Assembly: GCA_038209745.1 (NCBI GenBank)
Contig: JBBQXJ010000092.1
Span: 1 to 18,209 of the forward strand
Origin: Verrucomicrobiota bacterium
Lineage (GTDB): Bacteria > Verrucomicrobiota > Verrucomicrobiia > Limisphaerales > CANJSG01
DNA length: 18,209 nt
Direction of reading: 5' to 3'
Position numbers and translations under genes: made by a program. The first letter of the stretch is position 1. Each line of letters opens with the position of its first letter. The notes under the pieces were generated by a model. It was not told where the DNA came from. It was given only the letters and a program-made list of their open reading frames with translations, and did no database searches. This document shows, piece by piece, positions 1 through 8,056 of this stretch.

Positions 1-1861
1 AGAGTATTCCGGTGCCGGGGCAAGGGCGCGAAGGACGATCCCAGAACTGGTTCATGCCCGGGTGCTTGCCGGGGTAGTCGATGTGGCCGCTGAAGGCCGC
101 GTCGAAGTAGCTGTTGTTGCCCGTGGCGTCGGTGATGATGCCGTTGCCCCAGCGATCAAAGACGCGGCCGTGGGGATTGGCGAAGCCGTATGAAACGAAA
201 CGCTCGAACTTCGCGGTGTTTGGTTCGTAGCGGTAGATGGCGGCGTCGAGGTTGCGAACAGGGCCGTCCGGGGTCTCGACCTGGGTGCGGTGGAAAACGC
301 CGTCGCTGAGGTAGATCGCCCCGCCCGGATCGTGGCAGATGGCGTTGGCGGTGTGGTGGGAGTCGGCGGAATCCATGCCCATCAGGACGCGCTCTTTCCA
401 GTCGGCCTTGCCGTCGCCGTTGGTGTCGCGCACGAACCAGAGATCCGGCGCCTGCATGACTAGGACGCCGTCTTTGTAGAATTGGAATCCGGTCGGGGCG
501 TTGAGGTCGTCGAGGAAGGTGGTCACTTTGTCGGCTTTGCCGTCGCCGTCGGTGTCCTCCAAGACGATGAGGCTGTCACCCTGTTTGCTCCACGGGGTGC
601 GCTCCGGATAGTTGCGCCAGGCAGAGACCCAGAGACGGCCCTTGGTGTCCCAGGCCATCTGCACTGGGTTGATCAGCTCGGGGAACTGCTTCTCGTCGGC
701 GAACAGGTTGACCTTCATGCCGGAGTGGACGGTCATTTTCGAGATTGCTTCCTGGGCGTCGAGATAGACGTGGGAACCGTCGGGCTGCTCACCGGGCTGG
801 TTGGTGGGCACCTTCTCGACCTCGGGCACGTTGCTGTCGTCGACGAGGAGATCGCCGCCGGCCGCCACGGCCCAGACGCGCTTGTCCCGGTTGGCCGTCA
901 TCACGTCGCGCACGGCCATCTCCTCCTGCATGACCTGGTAGTTGGAGACGTAGGGAGGTTCGGGATTCCTTTGACCCTGGAGAAACGCACCTTTGCCGGC
1001 TTGGTAGGCGAGGCCTGAACGGCCGCCATAGACGTTGTATCCGTCGATCGTGCGGTAGCGCGAATGCCACATCTCGTTCTTGTCGACGATGGCTGTGCGG
1101 AGTTTCTCCATCGCCGGAGAAGGACCTTCCAGACTGTTGGCGGCCGCGCTGTCGCCCGTGAGCGCTTGATAGAGAATGGGAGCCAGAGCCTTGTTGCCCG
1201 CGTCGCTCAGGAGAAACCCGTTGATGGTGAGAGACTGGCCCTGTGACGCGGCGTCGCTGAAGAGCTTCTGGGACGGATTGAAGAGATCGACGAACAGGAG
1301 GCCGTTGGCCTGCGCGATCTCGCCCATTGCCTTGGTGTAGATGGACAGTCGGGCATTGATCGGGGTCGGATCGGCAAAGTTTGGATCGCGGGTCCTTTCA
1401 GCCGCGATCGGCGAGAAGAGGACGATGCGCGGAGCACCCTTGCCCGAGTAGTTCTTGGCCTTCGTCTCCTTGATCCACTTGTCGAGATCTCCGCGGAACT
1501 TGGACAGGCCCTCCGCGCCGTTGAACGACTCGTTGTAGCCGAAGAAGGCAAGAATCACGTCGGCCTTCACGCGGGTCAGCCAGTCGTCTGGTGAACCGAA
1601 ATTCTCCGAACGGGCGCGCAGGACGACCTCGTCGCCGGAGGCGGCCAAGTTGCGGAAGACGAGCTGCTGCTTGGGAAACTTGGCCTGGAGCAGCGTTTCG
1701 AGGTAGGCCGTGTGCTGCATCCGATCGGGCAGGGCATTGCCGATCAGGGCGACATGGTCACCGGGTTTGAAATCGAGCTTGGCGCTGGACTGGGCGAAGG
1801 CGGCGACCGCCAACAGAGGCAGGAGGAGGGCCACCCGGACGATGAGTAGGGGAAGTTTCAT
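1..1861 (-). CDS. PVC-type secreted protein: signal peptide, SGNH/GDSL-like domain and membrane-bound dehydrogenase (glucose/sorbosone dehydrogenase-like beta-propeller) domain; 3' end runs off the window
   Basis: Not in the ORF track; translated by hand from ATG at 1861: MKLPLLIVRVALLLPLLAVAAFAQ (signal peptide), KPGDHVALIGNALPDRMQH...FFGYNES (SGNH-like), then VNLFADEKQFPELINPVQMAWDTKGRLWV...LEDTDGDGKADK...DSHHTAN...NPHG...RPCPGTGIL, open to the window edge. This architecture is typical of Planctomycete/Verrucomicrobia membrane-bound dehydrogenase proteins, which usually have a C-terminal CxxCH domain (not visible here). Confidence 0.85.
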   Translation of the reverse strand, partial: MKLPLLIVRVALLLPLLAVAAFAQSSAKLDFKPGDHVALIGNALPDRMQHTAYLETLLQAKFPKQQLVFRNLAASGDEVVLRARSENFGSPDDWLTRVKADVILAFFGYNESFNGAEGLSKFRGDLDKWIKETKAKNYSGKGAPRIVLFSPIAAERTRDPNFADPTPINARLSIYTKAMGEIAQANGLLFVDLFNPSQKLFSDAASQGQSLTINGFLLSDAGNKALAPILYQALTGDSAAANSLEGPSPAMEKLRTAIVDKNEMWHSRYRTIDGYNVYGGRSGLAYQAGKGAFLQGQRNPEPPYVSNYQVMQEEMAVRDVMTANRDKRVWAVAAGGDLLVDDSNVPEVEKVPTNQPGEQPDGSHVYLDAQEAISKMTVHSGMKVNLFADEKQFPELINPVQMAWDTKGRLWVSAWRNYPERTPWSKQGDSLIVLEDTDGDGKADKVTTFLDDLNAPTGFQFYKDGVLVMQAPDLWFVRDTNGDGKADWKERVLMGMDSADSHHTANAICHDPGGAIYLSDGVFHRTQVETPDGPVRNLDAAIYRYEPNTAKFERFVSYGFANPHGRVFDRWGNGIITDATGNNSYFDAAFSGHIDYPGKHPGMNQFWDRPSRPCPGTGIL

Positions 1862-2055
1862 TCTAAAATCTTCGGATCATTGCTGGACGAAAATGGGAAG
1901 GGGGACATTCGTTCGGGATTGAATGTAGCGGCGGAAGAGGCTCCGTGGCTGTCCCCAGTTCCGGGGATCTCCGAAAGAGCGATGCGGTCCAAACGCGCTG
2001 GATCGCTTCTGGAAATTCGGGGGTCGACAAGGGGCTTTGCTGATCGCCCCGGGCA

Positions 2056-3159
2056 TCATTCGGGATAGGTGCCGGCGAGTTCGACGGTCCGCGCCTTGAA
2101 GGCGATGGGCTGTTCGGTGGCCGTTTCCTGGTCGTCGAAGTTGTGCTCCCAGTTCGGGTCGAGGCCGAGGTCCTTGAGCATCTGGAGGTCTTTTTCTACC
2201 GATTGGTTCAGTGTGGTCAGGTAGTTGCCGACCATCAGCGCACTGGCTCCGGCGGTGAAGATCATGCTCTGGAGATCGCGCAGGTTCACCGTGCGGCCTC
2301 CGGCGATCATGATCTCCTGGCGGGGCAGGAGAAAGCGGAAGCAGGCGATGGTCTTGAGGATCTCCATCGGCGGCAGCGGCGGCATGTTCTCGAACGGAGT
2401 CCCCTTGATGGGGTTGAGGATGTTGATCGGGCAGACATTGGCGCCGATTTCGCGCAGGGTCAGGGCGAGATCGCAGCGGTCCTCGCGGCTCTCTCCCATG
2501 CCGATGATGCCACCGGAGCAGATCTTGATGCCGGCCTTCTTCAGATACTCGATGGTCTGGAGACGGTCGTCGAAACTGTGGGTCGTGCAGTGGTGGCCGA
2601 AGAAGGCACGGGAGCTCTCCAAGTTGTGGCCGTAGCATTCGAGCCCGGCATCCTTGAGGCGGTCGGCGACTTTTTGGCTCTTGATCAGGCCGAGAGAGGC
2701 GTCGGGTCGGACTTTGCCGCCGGCCTTCAGCTCGCTGATCCGGTCGCAAACCTCGTCCAGCAGCGGACCTTCATTCAGGCCTTTCCATGCGGCGACGATG
2801 CCGAGAGCGGTCACGCCGTTGGCGCCCGCTTCGGCGGCGGCTTCTTCCAGCGGCGCGGGATCGACGAAGCCGTATTTAGGGGAGCCGGTCTGGTGGAAAC
2901 TGGACTGGGCGCAGAAGGAGCAATTCTCCGAGCAATTGCCGGCCTTGGCGTTGACGATGGAGCAGAGGTGGATCTTGTTTCCCTTGAAGCGCTCTCGGAT
3001 ACGGTTGGCCCAGGCGATCAAGTCCATGATGTCGCCGGTGGACTCAAGGCCGAAGAGGAACAGGGCTTCGGCCTTCTCGATGCGTCCGCCGCCAAGGACC
3101 GTTTGTCCCAGTTCTGAAATCCGTTGGTGATGGGTCACGTCAACCGCTGTGCTCGACAT
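2056..3159 (-). CDS. bioB: Biotin synthase (radical SAM) with atypical auxiliary-cluster ligands
   Basis: CSENCSFC radical SAM motif in NAKAGNCSENCSFCAQS; also HNLES, ICSGGIIGMGE, PINILNPIKGTP, AGGR and GNYLTT. ATG at 3159 is preferred over TTG at 3168 because 3167-3172 looks like a -10 box. Confidence 0.88.
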   Translation of the reverse strand: MSSTAVDVTHHQRISELGQTVLGGGRIEKAEALFLFGLESTGDIMDLIAWANRIRERFKGNKIHLCSIVNAKAGNCSENCSFCAQSSFHQTGSPKYGFVDPAPLEEAAAEAGANGVTALGIVAAWKGLNEGPLLDEVCDRISELKAGGKVRPDASLGLIKSQKVADRLKDAGLECYGHNLESSRAFFGHHCTTHSFDDRLQTIEYLKKAGIKICSGGIIGMGESREDRCDLALTLREIGANVCPINILNPIKGTPFENMPPLPPMEILKTIACFRFLLPRQEIMIAGGRTVNLRDLQSMIFTAGASALMVGNYLTTLNQSVEKDLQMLKDLGLDPNWEHNFDDQETATEQPIAFKARTVELAGTYPE

Positions 3160-3166
3160 GGTTGAC

Positions 3167-3194
3167 AAGGTAGGGAGGCGGGAAGCGAGCGCAA
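3167..3194 (-). promoter_or_regulatory. Putative sigma70-type promoter of bioB, probably leaderless
   Basis: Minus strand TTGCGC (3194-3189), 16 nt, TACCTT (3172-3167), 7 nt, ATG (3159); no Shine-Dalgarno sequence. Confidence 0.5.
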
Positions 3195-3273
3195 GAACGG
3201 ATGCGAAACGCCGGGAATGAACCGCGGATTTTCCGAGAGGTGCCCTGCGAATCGGCGGCGATCCAAGAGTCCG

Positions 3274-5400
3274 CTATTTTGCGACCGGGGCGAGTGCTTT
3301 GCCGTCAAATCCGGCCGATTTCAGGATCGAGGATTGAAACCGCCCCACATGGTAGTTGTGGCAGGTGGTGCAGTCGGCTCTGACGAACGCGGGTTGATGA
3401 CAGGAAGCGCAGGAAGTTTGGGTGACGCCGCCGAAATTGCTGTGCGCGATGAAAGCGTCCCTTTGTCCCGGCTTGTAGGCACTCGCGAATGCGTCTGGAT
3501 CGGCTGTCACCTTCAGAGAATGACAGGTCTGACACCCTTGACCCTCCAACAGACTGACGTGGGCCGAATGGGCAAAACGGGTGAACTTGTGCTCCATCCG
3601 GTCGGGCCGCCGTCCCGTCCAGTTGACGCGGAAGTCGGGCTTCGAATCGATGCTGTGGCACTTGGCACAAAGCCCGGGGGCCTTGGCTCCCGCCACTTCG
3701 TCGAACAGCGCCCCGGCAACCGCGGGAAGTGCGGTCTTATTCGTGTCCACGGTCAGATTCATCCATTCGGTGAGGAAGCGGTCGGCGTGTCCGCGCGGCC
3801 GATATTTCAAGGCAAACGACGCATCGGCGCTATACCAGCCGCCCAGGTTCACGCGGACATCGGGCGGAGCGGTTTTGACGGCGGTGGCTTTGGCCAAGGG
3901 AGGCGAGGGCATAAGTTCCGTGTCGGCTGCCTCGCCCTTGGTCCGGTAGTTGATGACTTCGTCCTGGAGACGGGGGAAGCCGGAAGCGAACGCTGTGCGA
4001 ATCACATCGGAGGTGATGAACGCCGTGATTGACTCCTGTTCATGGCTGGTCAGCTGTCGACCGAGCGACTTGGTCAGACGTTCGATCAGTTCGTCCTGGC
4101 CACGAGTGACCACGTCGAAGATCAAGCCTTTGATGCCCCACGCCACGGTCTGGGCCGCCGCGAGCTTCGCGGTATCGGTCTTTGAAATGTCGGATAAATC
4201 CGCTTCTCCCAAGGTTCCCATGGCGGAAAGAACCTTCGGGTCTGCCGCCAATAGGAGGCGTAGGAAGGGCGTCATCGGCTGTTCGGCGTCCTCCGGCCAT
4301 TGGCCGATGCCGAACTTGCCCGTCAGGCTGCGGTCGTCGAATCGAGGCAGGCCGATGAACGTGAGCCCGATCTTTACGGCGCCCTTGCCCTTGATCTGGT
4401 CGTCGTGGCAGGGCGCACAGGTCACCTCGTAGGGTTTGAGGGTCATGCTGGCGCCCTTGAGGTCGGGTTCGTGGCAACTGACGCAGGAGGTCGGCGCCGA
4501 GGGGGCGGACGCCGCGTCGGTGAAGTGGTGCTTCAGGTGGGAATCATGGTCGAAGATGATCCGGGTTCGCCGGGTGAACGGCTCTTTGGGAAACGGAGGA
4601 TGACCCGCCGCGAATCCGGAAAACTGGACGGAGTGGCAGCTTTGACACTGCATGTCGGTGATCGTCCGCAGGTCGTGGTTCGCGCCGAGATGCTCTTGAT
4701 GGCAGACAGCACAGTCCAGTTGCTGGGCGGCGGAGTCGTGCCTCCGACTGGCCAAGGAGGCGACTGCCAGGCTGGCAGTCAGCTTTCCGGTGGGCTTTCG
4801 GCCCAGCACGGCCTCGGTCAGGAGCTTGAGCGTCTCCTCGGGCAAGGCATGAGGCCGAAATGGCTCGCTGCCGACGTTGTGACAGTCGAGGCAAAGCCGG
4901 CCGTCTGTCGCGAGGTGGTTCGTCCCTGTGAGCCAACGGGCGGGCGGGCCTTCCAGTCCGGGGTGGCAATCGGAGCATTTAGAACCGGTGAAAGCGTGTG
5001 AAGCACTGAGACCACCGGGAGAAAGGAAATTGTTGCCTCGGCGACTGGATCCGAAAACAAACAGGATCAAGGCCAAGCTGACGGCAAATGCGCCGAGCGA
5101 GGCGAGTCCGCGCCATGAACGAAGCCCTCGCAATGGGATGCACTTCGGAATGGTGCGGCAGCAGGCTCCGTCTGGAAGCGGTCCATCGGGACAGGGGCCT
5201 CCTTGGGAAGCGGCTCGCGTGCATTGCCAGCGGTCGCCTTTGCGGAGCGGACGGCATTCAGTGGTGGCGCGACAGTTTCCCTGGGCATCGGGTCCGACGA
5301 GACATCCGGCGCCGCTGCACGTCCGGCCGCAAACCCAAGTCTGATTGGGACGCTCGTAGGCGCTCTTCTTGAAGCTGAACTGTTGCAACCAGCGTTTCAT
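3274..5400 (-). CDS. Membrane-anchored decaheme cytochrome c (c3/c7-like motifs) with an N-terminal Cys-rich domain
   Basis: 10 CxxCH: CSDCH, CLDCH, CAVCH, CQSCH, CVSCH, CAPCH, CAKCH, CQTCH, CASCH, CTTCH. FDHDSH and FAHSAH distal-His motifs. TM helix LASLGAFAVSLALILFVFG follows a 10-Cys N-terminal region. ATG at 5400 lies 5 nt after the upstream stop, so it is preferred over 5421. Confidence 0.92.
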   Translation of the reverse strand: MKRWLQQFSFKKSAYERPNQTWVCGRTCSGAGCLVGPDAQGNCRATTECRPLRKGDRWQCTRAASQGGPCPDGPLPDGACCRTIPKCIPLRGLRSWRGLASLGAFAVSLALILFVFGSSRRGNNFLSPGGLSASHAFTGSKCSDCHPGLEGPPARWLTGTNHLATDGRLCLDCHNVGSEPFRPHALPEETLKLLTEAVLGRKPTGKLTASLAVASLASRRHDSAAQQLDCAVCHQEHLGANHDLRTITDMQCQSCHSVQFSGFAAGHPPFPKEPFTRRTRIIFDHDSHLKHHFTDAASAPSAPTSCVSCHEPDLKGASMTLKPYEVTCAPCHDDQIKGKGAVKIGLTFIGLPRFDDRSLTGKFGIGQWPEDAEQPMTPFLRLLLAADPKVLSAMGTLGEADLSDISKTDTAKLAAAQTVAWGIKGLIFDVVTRGQDELIERLTKSLGRQLTSHEQESITAFITSDVIRTAFASGFPRLQDEVINYRTKGEAADTELMPSPPLAKATAVKTAPPDVRVNLGGWYSADASFALKYRPRGHADRFLTEWMNLTVDTNKTALPAVAGALFDEVAGAKAPGLCAKCHSIDSKPDFRVNWTGRRPDRMEHKFTRFAHSAHVSLLEGQGCQTCHSLKVTADPDAFASAYKPGQRDAFIAHSNFGGVTQTSCASCHQPAFVRADCTTCHNYHVGRFQSSILKSAGFDGKALAPVAK

Positions 5401-5405
5401 CGGGT

Positions 5406-6215
5406 TCAGTGGACCAGCCACGCCAAGGCGCCGTGGACGACGGCGAAAACGATCATGGAATAGGTCAGTGGAATATGGACAAACAGCCAGCCCTTCAAGA
5501 GCCCTTGGCCGGCCAACTGCATGTCGAGATTGTTCTTGGCGCGGATCAGTTCCGTCACTTGGGTCATGATCGCCTTCTCTTCCGGGTTGAGATATCGGTC
5601 CAGCGCCTCAACCTCCGAAAGGAGCCGGAGCACTGGCTTTTGATATCCGACCAAGTGGCTGAAGATGAACCTCGGCTCGGCAAAATAGGGACGGAGCTTC
5701 TTCTCATAGAAATCCGCGATGGTGGACGAATTGGTTTGGCCAACCGAATCGATCACCACGTTCTCCACTTCTTGGCTTACCGCCGAGCGCAGGGCCGGGA
5801 TGCGCTCAAAGATCAGATTTTCGCCGGACAACGTGAGCCGGGAAGGCACCCATCGCGAGATGCCCAGACCCACGAATCCGCTGACCGCCACTCCAAGGAA
5901 GAGCACCGCCAACGTGGACTCGAGCCAACCGTGCGGCACTTTCGGACCCACATGGATGAAAAACAGGACGACCGAAAAGATGCCGGCGTAGATATGCACC
6001 TGCATCCACGTGGACGCCCGGAGGAGCGGAAGGAACGGGAGCTTCTTCCGTGCATTGAACAGGGTCAAAAGGAGAACCACCGTCATCAGGGACAGACCGG
6101 AAAAGATCGCGGGACGGCGCAGGTTGGCCGTCAAGGCGTGGTCCACCAGCCAGAAGGCCAGCGAGGCCAGGATCAGGACGGCGAGTCCCAAGCGGCGGCG
6201 GGTGGAGAACATCAT
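5406..6215 (-). CDS. Integral membrane diheme cytochrome b (ferric-reductase-like transmembrane domain)
   Basis: About five hydrophobic segments and two H-x13-H helices (WMQVHIYAGIFSVVLFFIH and WLFVHIPLTYSMIVFAVVH). ATG at 6215 overlaps the upstream TGA (ATGA). The ORF-track extension to 6539 is out-of-frame overlap with the upstream gene. Confidence 0.82.
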   Translation of the reverse strand: MMFSTRRRLGLAVLILASLAFWLVDHALTANLRRPAIFSGLSLMTVVLLLTLFNARKKLPFLPLLRASTWMQVHIYAGIFSVVLFFIHVGPKVPHGWLESTLAVLFLGVAVSGFVGLGISRWVPSRLTLSGENLIFERIPALRSAVSQEVENVVIDSVGQTNSSTIADFYEKKLRPYFAEPRFIFSHLVGYQKPVLRLLSEVEALDRYLNPEEKAIMTQVTELIRAKNNLDMQLAGQGLLKGWLFVHIPLTYSMIVFAVVHGALAWLVH

Positions 6216-7942
6216 CGTCTTTCGAGCCAAGTGGCCAGCCGGTTGGTGTCTCGCATATCGATCCGGACCATGGCGTCGTGGGGGCAGGCATTGGCACAGG
6301 CCGGCCCGGTGATCTGATCTCCACACAGGTCGCATTTGGCCGCCTTCTGGATCGGCTGGTTGGTGGCCTCGTCGAAGAAGGGGATTCCACTCGGCCTTCT
6401 TGCGGCCACCATCTGGATGTTGTCGTAGGGGCAGCTGTTGGCGCAGGTGGCGCAGCCGATACAGGTCTGGTCGTTGATCGTGACGCTCCCCTTGGCGGAG
6501 TCCCGATGGATCGCTCCGGTGGGGCAGCCGATCATGCACACCGGGTCTTGGCAGTGCATGCAGGCGTTGGCGACCATGAAGTTTCCATTCATGGGGCCGT
6601 GTCGGACGAAGCGGGGATTGTTGTCGTGCGTTGCGGCGCAGGCCCTCACGCAGTCATCGCAGCGAGTGCAACGGTCCATGTCGATGATCATGGTGGCCGT
6701 TCCATTGATGAAACGGCGTTCCACCAGGAACTCCATCATTTCGGGCTCGATGACCTTCTCTTCGACACTTTCTGCCTTGCCCGCATGGGCGGTTTTGCGC
6801 AGGGGGGATGAAGGCATGAGAGCCTTTGGCATTGTCGGGAGGACCACTCGGTCCATGACCGCGGTCGGGACGAACAGGACGTCGACATACCCCAGGGCCC
6901 GAAGGGAGCGCTGGAAAGGGATCTGGGCGTTGTCGCGCCAGTTGTGGGCCACTTCATCCAGACCGAAGCTTTGGCCGCGGCCAAGGTAGCTGACGGTCAA
7001 TTCTCCGTGGTTGTAGGATTCACTGAGGCGGGCGAATCCGGAGCGGACCAGATAGACGCCGTTGGCGTAGTGGCCTTCAACGGCCACGACCGGCTCGTTC
7101 TTCATTCGTTCCGCGGAGCTGGCTTCGCGCAGTTTACTGTAGGACGCGTGCCAGTCGAAGTTTCCAAAAGTCAGGAACTGGGTCGCCTCGGCCACCGCGT
7201 CCAGACTCGCGTCGTCGAGATGGCGAAACATCGGGGTCTCCCGAAGATGGCTCTTTAGGCTTCGCTCACGGTAGAGGCGGTCGACGTTTTCCTTGAATTC
7301 CGGACTGCGCAGGCGGATCTCGCGGAGCCCTTGCCAGCGGATTTCGAGCAGAACCGCGTCCGTGTCGGCGACGACCGTGCTTGTGCGGGGGGTTCGCCCC
7401 AAGGCGGCGATCTCTCCGAAAAGTTCTCCGTCTTTCAAGAGCGCCGTTCGCTTGTCCTTGATCAAGACGGTCACGTCTTGGAGGAAAATAACGTCGTGGC
7501 GCTCTCTCGATTCCGCCTGGCCGTCATCCTTGCGGTCCAGACTCCGAACCTCTGGTTGGCTTGGATTGGACCAAAGCTGGGCGAGCGCGGAAAAAAAGCT
7601 CTTTTTCTGGGGGGCCTTCCGGCCGATCAACGTTTCGTCCAGATGGTCCAGGACGACCTTTAGGTTGCCGGAGAGGATGAGGAAGGCGGAGTTCCCGTAG
7701 TCACCCTGGCGCACCACGATATCGCCCTTTTTAAAACTACGAACTCGGGCGTCGTTCTTCAAGATTCCCCGCAGCGGGGTGGACTCGGGAAACCGGCTCT
7801 TGTCCATGTCCCGGAACAGCGGCACCTCCGATTCAAGCCGCTCAACCTCCGCCTCGGTCATCTCCAAGCAGGAGCCCTCTGATGACTCGTTCCAGAAGGG
7901 AACGTCCCAACGTTGCGGTCGCTTGATGGTTGTTGAATCCAT
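6212..7942 (-). CDS. Two cyclic-nucleotide-binding (CAP/CRP-type) domains fused to a DmsB/NrfC-like 4x[4Fe-4S] domain
   Basis: cNMP domain 1: FKKGDIVVRQGDYGNSAFLILSG...GELFGEIAALGRTPRTSTVVA. cNMP domain 2: EGHYANGVYLVRSG...YLGRGQSFG. Fe-S motifs: CTRCDDCVRAC, CMHCQDPVCMIGCP, CIGCATCANSCP, KCDLC...PACANACP. No signal peptide. Confidence 0.92.
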   Translation of the reverse strand: MDSTTIKRPQRWDVPFWNESSEGSCLEMTEAEVERLESEVPLFRDMDKSRFPESTPLRGILKNDARVRSFKKGDIVVRQGDYGNSAFLILSGNLKVVLDHLDETLIGRKAPQKKSFFSALAQLWSNPSQPEVRSLDRKDDGQAESRERHDVIFLQDVTVLIKDKRTALLKDGELFGEIAALGRTPRTSTVVADTDAVLLEIRWQGLREIRLRSPEFKENVDRLYRERSLKSHLRETPMFRHLDDASLDAVAEATQFLTFGNFDWHASYSKLREASSAERMKNEPVVAVEGHYANGVYLVRSGFARLSESYNHGELTVSYLGRGQSFGLDEVAHNWRDNAQIPFQRSLRALGYVDVLFVPTAVMDRVVLPTMPKALMPSSPLRKTAHAGKAESVEEKVIEPEMMEFLVERRFINGTATMIIDMDRCTRCDDCVRACAATHDNNPRFVRHGPMNGNFMVANACMHCQDPVCMIGCPTGAIHRDSAKGSVTINDQTCIGCATCANSCPYDNIQMVAARRPSGIPFFDEATNQPIQKAAKCDLCGDQITGPACANACPHDAMVRIDMRDTNRLATWLERR

Positions 7943-7983
7943 TATTTTTTCAGGCGGTCACGGACAAGAAGCGGCGATGGTGA

Positions 7984-8013
7984 GCCCGGTCCCTCTTCAC
8001 AAGGGACGCGGGC
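7984..8013. other. Intercistronic GC-rich hairpin
   Basis: GCCCGGTCCCT-CTTCACA-AGGGAC(G)CGGGC: 11-bp stem with one bulge and no U-tract on either side. Confidence 0.5.
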
Positions 8014-8056
8014 CTCCGTCTGTCGGTCATGATTGTGCTGCGGAACTCCGGTCGGA

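Noticed and set aside
401..556. Near-identical 27-nt repeats at 401-427 and 530-556
   Set aside because: They encode the repeated DT(D/N)GDGKAD propeller motif within the CDS; two copies only, not a CRISPR array or mobile repeat.
2031..2050. GGGGC...GCCCC hairpin after bioB
   Set aside because: Only a 5-bp stem with a 10-nt loop and a minimal U-tract; too weak to call a terminator.
2143..3117. 324-aa plus-strand ORF and the overlapping 290-aa minus-strand ORF 1877-2749
   Set aside because: These are antisense or alternative-frame shadows of bioB with non-protein-like composition.
6216..6539. ORF-track N-terminal extension of the cytochrome b gene
   Set aside because: It overlaps the 4Fe-4S domain of the upstream gene in another frame; the ATGA-coupled start at 6215 is far more plausible.
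7950..8037. Possible internal promoter (CACAAT) and a 26-codon upstream ORF in the 114-nt spacer
   Set aside because: No -35 or FNR-like box at the expected spacing, and nothing supports translation of the short ORF.
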